From Dyadobacter sp. (lineage in GTDB: Bacteria; Bacteroidota; Bacteroidia; Cytophagales; Spirosomataceae), in assembly GCA_965279265.1 (NCBI GenBank), contig OZ257152.1, forward strand, positions 3,401,592 through 3,465,591: a DNA stretch of 64,000 nucleotides, in the 5' to 3' direction. Each line of letters starts with the position of its first letter. Within the stretch, counting starts at the first letter, position 1. The position numbers and the translations under genes were made by a program. Shown in pieces: positions 36,972 to 45,793 of the stretch. Below the pieces are notes generated by a model that was not told the origin of the DNA, searched no databases, and worked only from the letters and a program-made list of their open reading frames with translations.

Positions 36972-39900
36972 ATGAAATCTTCTATTAAACGGCAGCTCAA
37001 AACTTTTTTTGATCAATTCTCAGTATTTTCTGAAAGGGCTGCGAGGCATTGGCCTATTCCGGAGAAGGCGAACAATCCTTATGAAGATGATGAAATCAAA
37101 TACCAATTTGAATTAATCCTTACAGATTCTCATTGGAGCGATGATAGTAATATTCAAATCATAAAATCATTTTTTGAACTATATAATAAATCGCCGGAAG
37201 CTGTATTTAGCAGAGGCGCCCGAATGATTTCGGAAGATGAGATAAGGGGTCAAATCAGGAATTTAAATACCCTTGCTCAGTGTTTGCATAATCCGACAGA
37301 GAAACCATTTACCTTTTTGATAATTGGTTTTGTCCCGAAAGAAATTGAGGTAAGAGTAGGTTGTGTAGGCCATTACTTACCGGGTTCAAGGTCTGTATTC
37401 ATCGAGTCGGTTTTAATCAATGATGATCTTCTCGGAACTTCCAGACGGCCTTTGTCAGATAACGCAGTTTCTGACGACTTCAAGAAGGCGTTAGAATTTG
37501 AAATTAGTCAGCAAAAGGTCCTGGGATGGCTTTTAACTCATATTCCCAGACATCAGGACGGACAGAAGGGAGCCTTGTATAGCCTGGTCAATTTTTTGGA
37601 AGAAAATGTTGCGTGGATTCCAATTATCTCCTCCGAAAAGAAGTCTCCGAATTTTGCCAATAAGGTTGTACTGGGTGTCTTTCATGAAGCGGTTAATCCC
37701 ATCATGATAAAGAAAGTGAATCACGATGCGGCAAGTGCAACTTTGCCTTCTCCAAAGTTCCGAGAGAGATTGGCGGTCAAAACGCTTTCCGCATTTCACG
37801 GAATAGATGCGCGCTTTCTGAGATTCGCGTACAGGCATCCGTCATTTGATTCAAAATTGAATGATGACCGCAATTACTTTTTACTGACTTTTCCTCAGGC
37901 TTTAAAAGTTCCGGATTGGCTTGCTGTCGAGTCAGGAATAATTATGGCCTTTATTGTAAATCATAGTTATGCTTTGCAAAATTCATATATACATTTTCAA
38001 ACAGATTTGAATCGTTGCTGGAATTTTGTGCCGGCAAAACGAACGCCTTTAAGAGGCTTTAAGGACGGGAGTAACAACGATTCGATAAGCCTGAATTCGA
38101 AATCATTATTTGAAAACAGATTTACAGAGCATTCGACAGTTCTATATTTACATAAGGTTCCAAGCCTCGAAGAGCCACGTTTTCTGTACAAACGCGCTAG
38201 CATCGGTTTTGAAATAATTATAGATGAAGACTACTTCGAGCCAACAGGGATTGATCCATATCATGATATGGCACCTCGGAAACCTGTCAGAACAAGGCTG
38301 GGCCGTATTGTAGACATGGTGAAAAAAGAGCTGCGGTTGACATCATCAGTTAAGCCGGTCGCATTGTATTGCCCGGTAGCCCATTCTGGCGAAAGTGATC
38401 TCTTTGCTTACAAGTATCAGTCAGAGCCTCCCTATTTCACTCGCTATTATGGTTTGCGGTCCAATAAAGTAACTGTGCACTTTCCTTCGCATTTCGAGTT
38501 CACTTCGGAGGGACGGGTAGAAACATTTTACCGGTTACCGCACAATGACGCAATTGAACCGGTTTTGTTCAATATGGAAACGGGACAAGATAACGCCCTG
38601 CCGTCATTCATGTATCAGGTCGAAATGACAGCCTGTGTCAGCTATACTTATTTTTTGAAGAGCGCAATCAGGGTGTGGCATCTTGTTTTAAAACCCAACG
38701 AGGACCAGAATGGCATTACAGAATTGGAAACAATCAAGTTGATGCGTTTTTTTAGCGGATCTCAGGAGCACGAAAGTGAGGAAGACAGGCGTAAGGTAAT
38801 GCGGGAAGTTAAATTTGTGGTTGGGGACAACAAGTTTAATAAAGAAACTCAGATTGAAGACAAAAAGTCTGATTCGGGTGGGCTGTTTTTTTTCGACCGG
38901 GACTGGTGTTTTCCAAAAAGACATTTTATAGAAAATATATCCGAGGAAGCGCTTGAAAAAGGTATTCGCAAGATATTATGGTGGGTAAAAACTATTCCAT
39001 GGTTTCTGAGAGGAATTGAAAGGAGCTGCATAGAAATTGTGGAAATTCTTAGGAGGATTTTTTACAGTTTTTTTAATATCGAAAGGTTGGAAGTAGACAT
39101 GCCCTGGCTTACTAAACCAGATAATTTGGTAGAGCTGCTCACACAACTGACGGGAGTGAAATACTCTCAGAATCAAGATGGGAAAATTGAGCGGCTTATG
39201 GATAAGGCTGACTTAGCGGTCTCACTTCGCAATGTACGTTCCGGGGTAGTGGAGATAGATACCGGTGATATTACCCCGAAACCGACAAATCCCGGGGAAG
39301 TTGATGAGGAAAAATTAGATTTTAATAATTTTCTTCGTTTTGAGAAAAATCCCGATGCGCCAACCCTGACTCTTGATGAAAAAAATACAATACGGGAAAA
39401 GGTGAGGGCGCTGTATAAAAGCCTGCACGATGATGATGTTGAAATGCCGAAAAAGCCTGAGGACTTTTCGGCAGAAGAATACGCAGATTATGTATTCAAA
39501 TCCTATTGCGGGATTTGTTTGGGAATTTTCGATTACGATCGCATGGGTTTTCAGGAAATTGATGACACACTTGTGCCATTGCCGGATAGCAAGACTGAAA
39601 CATCTTTTATGGTGATCCATCGTGGTGTGTTAGCAATGCTTGGTTATGAAGACGATGTGATGGATACTTTCTGGAATACACTCGGTATTAATGCGTATTT
39701 GCTTATTCCAAGTGCAGTGCTTGCAAATAACGATTACATTTCCCGTGATGCAGAAGGACGCCTTAATCAATTGTTGGACGAGCTTCGCAATGGGAAGTCT
39801 AAAAGATCGATTCCTGAGCTAATTGGTCAGCGTAATACAATTGACGATTTGTTGAATGACGACATTTTGGGAAATGTTTTTCAATACAAAACGGAAACAG

Positions 39901-40415
39901 AGCTGTTTACCCAGGGGATGGAGAGAAGAGGTATCTCTGAACGGATAAAGGATTCTGTGCTTAAGTTAGAGCAGCTGGATAAACTTATAAGTGCAAAGCA
40001 GGAGGAGCTTTCAAGCAAGTATCAACGTCGCATTCAAAATCTGGTTACTATTGTGGGTGCATTTAGTTTTTACCAAATAATTCGTGATTTCTTTAAAGAC
40101 GAGCTTTCTAAGAAAGTGCCTGGAAATGAGAACGTGGTGGTATGTCTGGAAGATGTTCCGGTTTGGTTTAAGGTGCCACTTCAGGCCTTGGACAGGATCT
40201 CGCCCATTCGGATTTTCTCATTGAAAGAAAGTTATGATCCGTTAGATCTTGCGCACTTATCCATTCAAATTGTATTTGCTGTTCTGATTATCTATCTGCT
40301 GATTACAAATCTTTTTGATCCAAATCGAAGCCGTAAATATTTTTGGCAGCGAAAGCGCAGCGCCAAAAGAATCCTTCCGCAGATGAGGCCAAAAACCGGA
40401 AAGGCAGCTCAGTAA
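36972..40415 (+). CDS. Large hypothetical protein (1147 aa): degenerate GNAT-like N-terminal domain, unknown central region, C-terminal membrane anchor
   Basis: The ORF runs 3.4 kb without interruption. The N-terminal ~330 aa are paralogous to the upstream 310-aa protein. C-terminal hydrophobic helices are 'LVTIVGAFSFYQII' and 'LSIQIVFAVLIIYLLITNLF', followed by a basic tail. Confidence 0.7.
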   Translation: MKSSIKRQLKTFFDQFSVFSERAARHWPIPEKANNPYEDDEIKYQFELILTDSHWSDDSNIQIIKSFFELYNKSPEAVFSRGARMISEDEIRGQIRNLNTLAQCLHNPTEKPFTFLIIGFVPKEIEVRVGCVGHYLPGSRSVFIESVLINDDLLGTSRRPLSDNAVSDDFKKALEFEISQQKVLGWLLTHIPRHQDGQKGALYSLVNFLEENVAWIPIISSEKKSPNFANKVVLGVFHEAVNPIMIKKVNHDAASATLPSPKFRERLAVKTLSAFHGIDARFLRFAYRHPSFDSKLNDDRNYFLLTFPQALKVPDWLAVESGIIMAFIVNHSYALQNSYIHFQTDLNRCWNFVPAKRTPLRGFKDGSNNDSISLNSKSLFENRFTEHSTVLYLHKVPSLEEPRFLYKRASIGFEIIIDEDYFEPTGIDPYHDMAPRKPVRTRLGRIVDMVKKELRLTSSVKPVALYCPVAHSGESDLFAYKYQSEPPYFTRYYGLRSNKVTVHFPSHFEFTSEGRVETFYRLPHNDAIEPVLFNMETGQDNALPSFMYQVEMTACVSYTYFLKSAIRVWHLVLKPNEDQNGITELETIKLMRFFSGSQEHESEEDRRKVMREVKFVVGDNKFNKETQIEDKKSDSGGLFFFDRDWCFPKRHFIENISEEALEKGIRKILWWVKTIPWFLRGIERSCIEIVEILRRIFYSFFNIERLEVDMPWLTKPDNLVELLTQLTGVKYSQNQDGKIERLMDKADLAVSLRNVRSGVVEIDTGDITPKPTNPGEVDEEKLDFNNFLRFEKNPDAPTLTLDEKNTIREKVRALYKSLHDDDVEMPKKPEDFSAEEYADYVFKSYCGICLGIFDYDRMGFQEIDDTLVPLPDSKTETSFMVIHRGVLAMLGYEDDVMDTFWNTLGINAYLLIPSAVLANNDYISRDAEGRLNQLLDELRNGKSKRSIPELIGQRNTIDDLLNDDILGNVFQYKTETELFTQGMERRGISERIKDSVLKLEQLDKLISAKQEELSSKYQRRIQNLVTIVGAFSFYQIIRDFFKDELSKKVPGNENVVVCLEDVPVWFKVPLQALDRISPIRIFSLKESYDPLDLAHLSIQIVFAVLIIYLLITNLFDPNRSRKYFWQRKRSAKRILPQMRPKTGKAAQ

Positions 40416-40424
40416 AAGGCATTC

Positions 40425-40757
40425 CTATCCGCCCGTACCAAACTCATAATCCCGTTCAACTTTGGCGATACGAACTTTAAATTCCTGAAACCATTTTTTA
40501 CGTCCCAAGTCTCTGGCGATCACATGTGCTGCTACATGGCGCCAGTTACTTATGGACTCCAGGCTGTCCCAATACGAAATTGTCAGTTCTGCCTCCCCAC
40601 CGCCATACTCCATACCCAGGAAACCGGGTTGCTGATAGGCAAGTTCGACCATTTGGCCTCCCATTTCCTCGTAACCTTCCAGGTCGTTTGTTAGGACAAT
40701 TGTAAATACCACCACATAGTAGGGCGGCGCGGGTGTGTTGGCGATCAGTTGGCTCAT
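40425..40757 (-). CDS. Antibiotic biosynthesis monooxygenase (ABM) domain protein
   Basis: It is ~110 aa. 'YYVVVFT...' and 'ISYWDSLESISNWRHVAAH' are typical of the ABM/ferredoxin-like fold. Confidence 0.7.
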   Translation of the reverse strand: MSQLIANTPAPPYYVVVFTIVLTNDLEGYEEMGGQMVELAYQQPGFLGMEYGGGEAELTISYWDSLESISNWRHVAAHVIARDLGRKKWFQEFKVRIAKVERDYEFGTGG

Positions 40758-40780
40758 AAAATAGAATTTTTCGAATATAT

Positions 40781-42289
40781 TTATTTTGTATGCAGATATT
40801 TTACACCGGACTTTTTAAGAATTTGTTGTGCGGCCTGTCTGCCGGTTTCTGCTGCTCCGTTCATGAAGCCCTGGAAATTGTTGCTGCAATGCTCTCCTGC
40901 AAAAAACATGTTGCCGACTGGCTCACTTTCTGCGCCACCCAAACTGGCCACCTGCCCAACTTTATAGCAGGCATAAGCACCGCGGGTCATCGGGTTATTG
41001 TTCCAATTGTAAAGATTTTTACGCCCGTTAGCTGCTTTTTTTATGCCGGGAAATATCTGCTCACATGAGTCCAGATAAGAATCATATTGAGAGATGGTCA
41101 GATTCTTGCCTTTGTCAGCTCCTAAAAAAAGACTGTAAGCTCCAGGGCCTGTGTTTGATTTTTGCATTTGACTGCTATCCCAGCCATTGTGAATTGTGTC
41201 GCTGAGGGCATAGCCGGAATATCCCTGATGGCGCCAAATGCGCTGGTTTACCCCAATGAATAATTTGGACTGCATACCGTACCCAAGTTCATTGATACAC
41301 TTTCGTTTTCGTTCGGGTAAGGGGATGTTGAGCTCAACTTCTCGCAAAACTGAGAACGGAAGCGTGACAATCAGCACGTCCGCATTTACCTCCTCACCAT
41401 TGTCAAAGGCCAGTTTGTATCCAGTGCCGTTGGGGTTGATTCGTTTCAGATGATATCCTGTCCTGACAATGCTCTTAAGCCCTCTTCTCAGCTCTGAAAT
41501 GATGCGTTCGTTGCCACCTAAAACCTTGTAGCGTTCGTCGCTGTCACCATATATTTCAAAGCCTTTTGTAGTATCGGTGTTTAGCGAAACAAGCATATTA
41601 AGGCTCGACTGTTCGTCGGCTGGAATTCCCAGTTCACTTGTGAAGGAAGTACTGATGATGTCAAACAGCCAGCCTGTCATTCCGATTTTACGCAGATATG
41701 CGTCAACGGATAGGCGGTCCAGCTCAATAACCTTCGGATGAGTGGGATCAAGAGATTCCGGCAGAGCATCTATGTCCTTTTTCATAAGAGGTGAAAACAG
41801 CTTAAATTCATGGATGATCTGCTGCTCGCTGATTCTTTTACCTCCAAAGTAATAGTCTGTCCCGATGAGCTTTTTTTCCGAAGCAGCCCGCATGTCAAGC
41901 AGTGGTAATTTAAATTCGCGACAGAAATTAAGGATGTCGGTGTGTGTCGAATCTATAAACTCTCCACCCAATTCAGTGGTGATGTTATCAGCAACAAGAC
42001 CATTTGCCGAAATGATTCTGCCTCCTATTCTGCTTTGTGATTCGAAGATCTGGGCTTGTAATCCTGCCTTTTCAAGATGATAAGCCGCAGTAAGTCCCGA
42101 TAACCCGCCACCAATAATGACGATTTTAGGGAGATTGCGAGACTGATACGCGGACAGCATCTGAAACGCACTTCCTGCTGCGAGTATTCTGGAACTCTCG
42201 CGAATAAACGAGCGTCGCGAAAAAGAAGATAAATTCTCTGAAAGAGATTCTGTCCTGAATTTTTTTATAATATCCGGTATACGAGACAT
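40781..42289 (-). CDS. Flavin-containing amine oxidase family oxidoreductase with a twin-arginine signal
   Basis: 'SRRSFIRESSRILAAGSAF' looks like a Tat signal. 'KIVIIGGGLSGLTAAYHLEKAGLQAQIFESQSRIGGRI' is a dinucleotide-binding motif. The C-terminal 'FFAGEH' is present. Confidence 0.8.
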   Translation of the reverse strand: MSRIPDIIKKFRTESLSENLSSFSRRSFIRESSRILAAGSAFQMLSAYQSRNLPKIVIIGGGLSGLTAAYHLEKAGLQAQIFESQSRIGGRIISANGLVADNITTELGGEFIDSTHTDILNFCREFKLPLLDMRAASEKKLIGTDYYFGGKRISEQQIIHEFKLFSPLMKKDIDALPESLDPTHPKVIELDRLSVDAYLRKIGMTGWLFDIISTSFTSELGIPADEQSSLNMLVSLNTDTTKGFEIYGDSDERYKVLGGNERIISELRRGLKSIVRTGYHLKRINPNGTGYKLAFDNGEEVNADVLIVTLPFSVLREVELNIPLPERKRKCINELGYGMQSKLFIGVNQRIWRHQGYSGYALSDTIHNGWDSSQMQKSNTGPGAYSLFLGADKGKNLTISQYDSYLDSCEQIFPGIKKAANGRKNLYNWNNNPMTRGAYACYKVGQVASLGGAESEPVGNMFFAGEHCSNNFQGFMNGAAETGRQAAQQILKKSGVKYLHTK

Positions 42290-42480
42290 TGGCCTGCTTT
42301 AAAAAATCGGAGGTAGTTATTAGTAATAATACCTGGTTTTTTCGAAATATTTATTGACAAAAGTTAAAAAGAAATCTAAACTTTTCTTTTAATAAGTGCT
42401 TTATACGATGAAGCACGTATTTTTATCTCAATCTTGGCACTTGCCTGCCAATAAACTTAACAGGTAAAGGAGTTTTTTAC

Positions 42481-43911
42481 TTGTTTTCTATCATTTTTCA
42501 TACAAAACCCTTTCGGAAAGGAATGCTGGCTTTTTCCATCATTTTGTATTTGTGTCTCAATCTTTGCATAGGCGTGTGGGCCTCCAAAAGAATCGCGAGC
42601 ACTACTGATTTCGTATTGGCCGGGAGGCGTTTGCCACTTATTTTGGTGGCGTCGATCACATTCGCAACCTGGTTTGGTTCGGAAACCATTATGGGAGCGC
42701 CCACAGAATTCATCAAAAACGGACTGCTAGGCGTTATCGAGGATCCATTCGGTGCAGCTTTGTGCCTTTTTCTTGTCGGAATGTTTTTTGCCAGGCATTT
42801 CTATAGAATGAATGTGATCACTTTCTGTGATTTCTTCAGAATTCGCTATGGGAGGCAGGCCGAACTACTATCAGCTATTCTGATCATTCCGTCGTATTTC
42901 AGCTGGATCGCCGCGCAGTTATTGGCAATGGGTATCGTTCTGAAAGTTGTTCTGGGCTGGCAGCTCACAGAATGCATTTTACTAAGTTCCATCGTTGTCA
43001 CGTTGTACACCATCTGGGGCGGTATGTGGTCCATTTCAATCACTGATTTTGTTCAGACTATTACAATCATAATTGGTCTGTTGATTGTCAGCGTAATTCT
43101 TTATTTAAAAGTTGGGGGCTTTTCTCCGCTGATCAATTCGGCGCCCAAAGACTTTTTTAGATTTTATCCTAAACCTGATTTTAAAAGTTATGTAGCCTAC
43201 TTCGCAGCCTGGATCACAATCGGGCTTGGATCCATTCCGCAGCAGGATGTTTTTCAAAGAGTAATGTCAGCGGAGTCAGCCGACGTATCCGTAAAGGCTA
43301 CCCTGCTATCGTCGCTGATGTATGTTACCGTTGCCTTGCTTCCATTGTTTATCGGGCTCTGTGGGCATCATTTATATCCGGAAGAATCTAAGGCAGCCGG
43401 GCAGATGATCATTCCCAACATGGTGCTGAAACACATGTCATTACCGCTTCAGATACTTTTCTTCGGCGCGTTGGTATCTGCAATATTGAGCACAACCAGC
43501 AGTGCCATTATGGCTCCTGCCACGGTTTTGGGAGAGAATATTATTAAATTTTTCAAGCCGGAACTTACCGACAAGCAGTTACTTGCAACCATACGCTGGG
43601 GAATCCTCGGGATTACTGCAGTTTGCATTTACATGGCAGCAACGCGGGAAAGTATTTTTGAACTTGTGGCGGAATCCTCCGCTTTCAGTCTCGTGTCGCT
43701 TTTTGTGCCGCTGGCAGCCGGGCTCTATTGGAGAAATTCGAATCAGGCAGGCTGCCTTGTTTCTATGCTTATGGGGCTGGTAGTATGGCTTACCTGTGTG
43801 TTCATTGAAACAGAGTATCCCGCCACAATTTATGGACTAATCGCCGGGTTTCTCGGGATGTGGATTGGCTCACAATTTGCAAAAAAAGCAGAGGTCCTGA
43901 TAATAAAATAA
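42481..43911 (+). CDS. Sodium:solute symporter (SSF) family transporter
   Basis: There are about 12-13 TM helices. 'LAGRRLPLILVASITFATWFGSETIMG' is an SSF N-terminal signature. The track start is a TTG; an alternative ATG is at 42523. Confidence 0.8.
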   Translation: MFSIIFHTKPFRKGMLAFSIILYLCLNLCIGVWASKRIASTTDFVLAGRRLPLILVASITFATWFGSETIMGAPTEFIKNGLLGVIEDPFGAALCLFLVGMFFARHFYRMNVITFCDFFRIRYGRQAELLSAILIIPSYFSWIAAQLLAMGIVLKVVLGWQLTECILLSSIVVTLYTIWGGMWSISITDFVQTITIIIGLLIVSVILYLKVGGFSPLINSAPKDFFRFYPKPDFKSYVAYFAAWITIGLGSIPQQDVFQRVMSAESADVSVKATLLSSLMYVTVALLPLFIGLCGHHLYPEESKAAGQMIIPNMVLKHMSLPLQILFFGALVSAILSTTSSAIMAPATVLGENIIKFFKPELTDKQLLATIRWGILGITAVCIYMAATRESIFELVAESSAFSLVSLFVPLAAGLYWRNSNQAGCLVSMLMGLVVWLTCVFIETEYPATIYGLIAGFLGMWIGSQFAKKAEVLIIK

Positions 43912-43980
43912 TCCAGGACCGGCGGTAAGGATATGCTAAAATCAATAAACGCAACCTCGCCACCGGTTCCAAATCTTCAA

Positions 43981-44775
43981 TCAAATTATAAATTTCGCCA
44001 CGCCACCATCTACTTTCAATGCCGATCCGTTTGTTGCAGAGGACAATGGGCTCGATACATAAGCGATCAAATTGGCTATTTCGTCCACAGAAGCAAAACG
44101 TTGCAGCAATGAAGTCGGCCGCGCTGTTTTGAAAAAATCATTCTCTGCGTCTTCCTGCGTTACGTTTCCGGCAGCTGCCAGCTGTTTTACAAATTCGTCG
44201 ACACCTTCTGAGCGGGTCGGGCCGGGCAGCACCGAATTAACTGTAACTCCCGTTCCTTTTGTCAGCTCGGCAAGTCCGCGGCTGACAGCAAGCTGAGCCG
44301 TTTTGGTCATACCATAATGGATCATTTCCTCCGGAATATTTACTCCGGATTCGCTGGAAATGAATATAATTCTGCCCCAGTTTTTATCGAGCATTTTCGG
44401 AAAAAGTGCTCTTGATAACCGGACACCGCTCATGACGTTCACTTCAAAAAACCGGAACCAATCTTCGTCGGAAATTTCGGCGAAGGGTTTTGGCTCAAAT
44501 ATCCCGGCGTTATTAATTAATATATCTACGTCGGGCAATTTCTCCAGCAACGCGTTTACTTCTTCCACTTTGGAAAAGTCGGCTGCAATACCGGAAATGT
44601 GTACATCAGGACTGTTGTTCCTCAACTTTTCGATTGCCTCCACTACCCGTTCTTCTGACCTGCCGTTGATAATGACTGTCGCTCCCTCTCCCAACAAACG
44701 TTTCGCAGTAGCAAGTCCTATACCTTGGGTAGAACCCGTAATAAATGCAGTTTTTCCTTTTAATTGTAAATCCAT
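43981..44775 (-). CDS. SDR family oxidoreductase
   Basis: I chose the ATG that gives 'MDLQLKGKTAFITGSTQGIGLA' (the TGxxxGxG motif). 'NNAG' and the 'YGMTK' catalytic Y-x-x-x-K are present. Confidence 0.85.
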   Translation of the reverse strand: MDLQLKGKTAFITGSTQGIGLATAKRLLGEGATVIINGRSEERVVEAIEKLRNNSPDVHISGIAADFSKVEEVNALLEKLPDVDILINNAGIFEPKPFAEISDEDWFRFFEVNVMSGVRLSRALFPKMLDKNWGRIIFISSESGVNIPEEMIHYGMTKTAQLAVSRGLAELTKGTGVTVNSVLPGPTRSEGVDEFVKQLAAAGNVTQEDAENDFFKTARPTSLLQRFASVDEIANLIAYVSSPLSSATNGSALKVDGGVAKFII

Positions 44776-44903
44776 TATAAAGCCATTTACTTGTTTCAAA
44801 ACATTTCAACAATAGTTTGAGCGAAAACAATCCGCAAAACCAACCATGCGGAAGATTACTGACAAAGCATTACATTTATAACTCACATGCGAAATTCATT
44901 TCT

Positions 44904-45782
44904 ATGAAAATTTTCGTTTACGTCCTGGTCATTCTTCCAATGATCACATTTGCACAAAGTCCACGTGTACTGATCGTTACAGCGCATCCGGATGATGAAA
45001 CAATGTTTCCTGTAACAATTTTCAAGATTACACATGAACTGAAAGGTTCGGCGGATCTTGCCCTCATCACAGATGCATCGGGCGGCTACAATGGACTGGT
45101 TGCATCCAGTTACTATGGCATGAATATGGTCGATTCCGTGGTTGGACGGAAACATTTACCATTGATACGCAAAAAGGAAATGATGGCTTCAGGAGAGATT
45201 TTGGGAATCGGGAATTTTTTCTTTTTGGACCAAAAGGATGACTATTACAGCAGAGACGAACGGCCATATCTTGAAGGGACGAATTGGGATATTGATTTCG
45301 TGAACCGACGTCTGGACGAAATTTTAGCGCGGGGTCAATACGATTTTGTATTCTGTTTATTGCCGCATGAGGGCCAGCACGGACATCACAAAACAGCCTC
45401 GCTTAGTGCACTTCGTGCTGTGCAACGGATGAAAACCGGTAAAAAACCGATTGTTCTCGGTGCGCAATCACAAAATAGGGATTCGGGGTTTGAATTTACA
45501 TCGCTGAAAAATTATCCTGAAACCAGGGTAACCAGTCCTGCTCCTTCGTTTGTATTTGACCGTTCTTATAGTTTTGGAGAAGAGAAAAAACACAGTTATA
45601 TGATCGTTGCGGATTGGGTCAAAGCCGCACATAAATCGCAAAGCGGTGATATGAATCAGGCCATGCACCGTGGTGAACTGGAAGCATTCTGGTATTTTGA
45701 TATAAATGGAAAGGACAAGATCAATGAGGTCAGAAACTTGTTTGATGCATTAAAAAAGACAGGGTTTTCATCAACGGAGTAA
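44904..45782 (+). CDS. PIG-L (LmbE-like) family deacetylase, secreted
   Basis: I chose the internal ATG that gives signal peptide 'MKIFVYVLVILPMITFAQ'. 'VTAHPDDETMF' and 'HGHH' are PIG-L zinc motifs. Confidence 0.75.
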   Translation: MKIFVYVLVILPMITFAQSPRVLIVTAHPDDETMFPVTIFKITHELKGSADLALITDASGGYNGLVASSYYGMNMVDSVVGRKHLPLIRKKEMMASGEILGIGNFFFLDQKDDYYSRDERPYLEGTNWDIDFVNRRLDEILARGQYDFVFCLLPHEGQHGHHKTASLSALRAVQRMKTGKKPIVLGAQSQNRDSGFEFTSLKNYPETRVTSPAPSFVFDRSYSFGEEKKHSYMIVADWVKAAHKSQSGDMNQAMHRGELEAFWYFDINGKDKINEVRNLFDALKKTGFSSTE

Positions 45783-45793
45783 TCTCTGTATTT

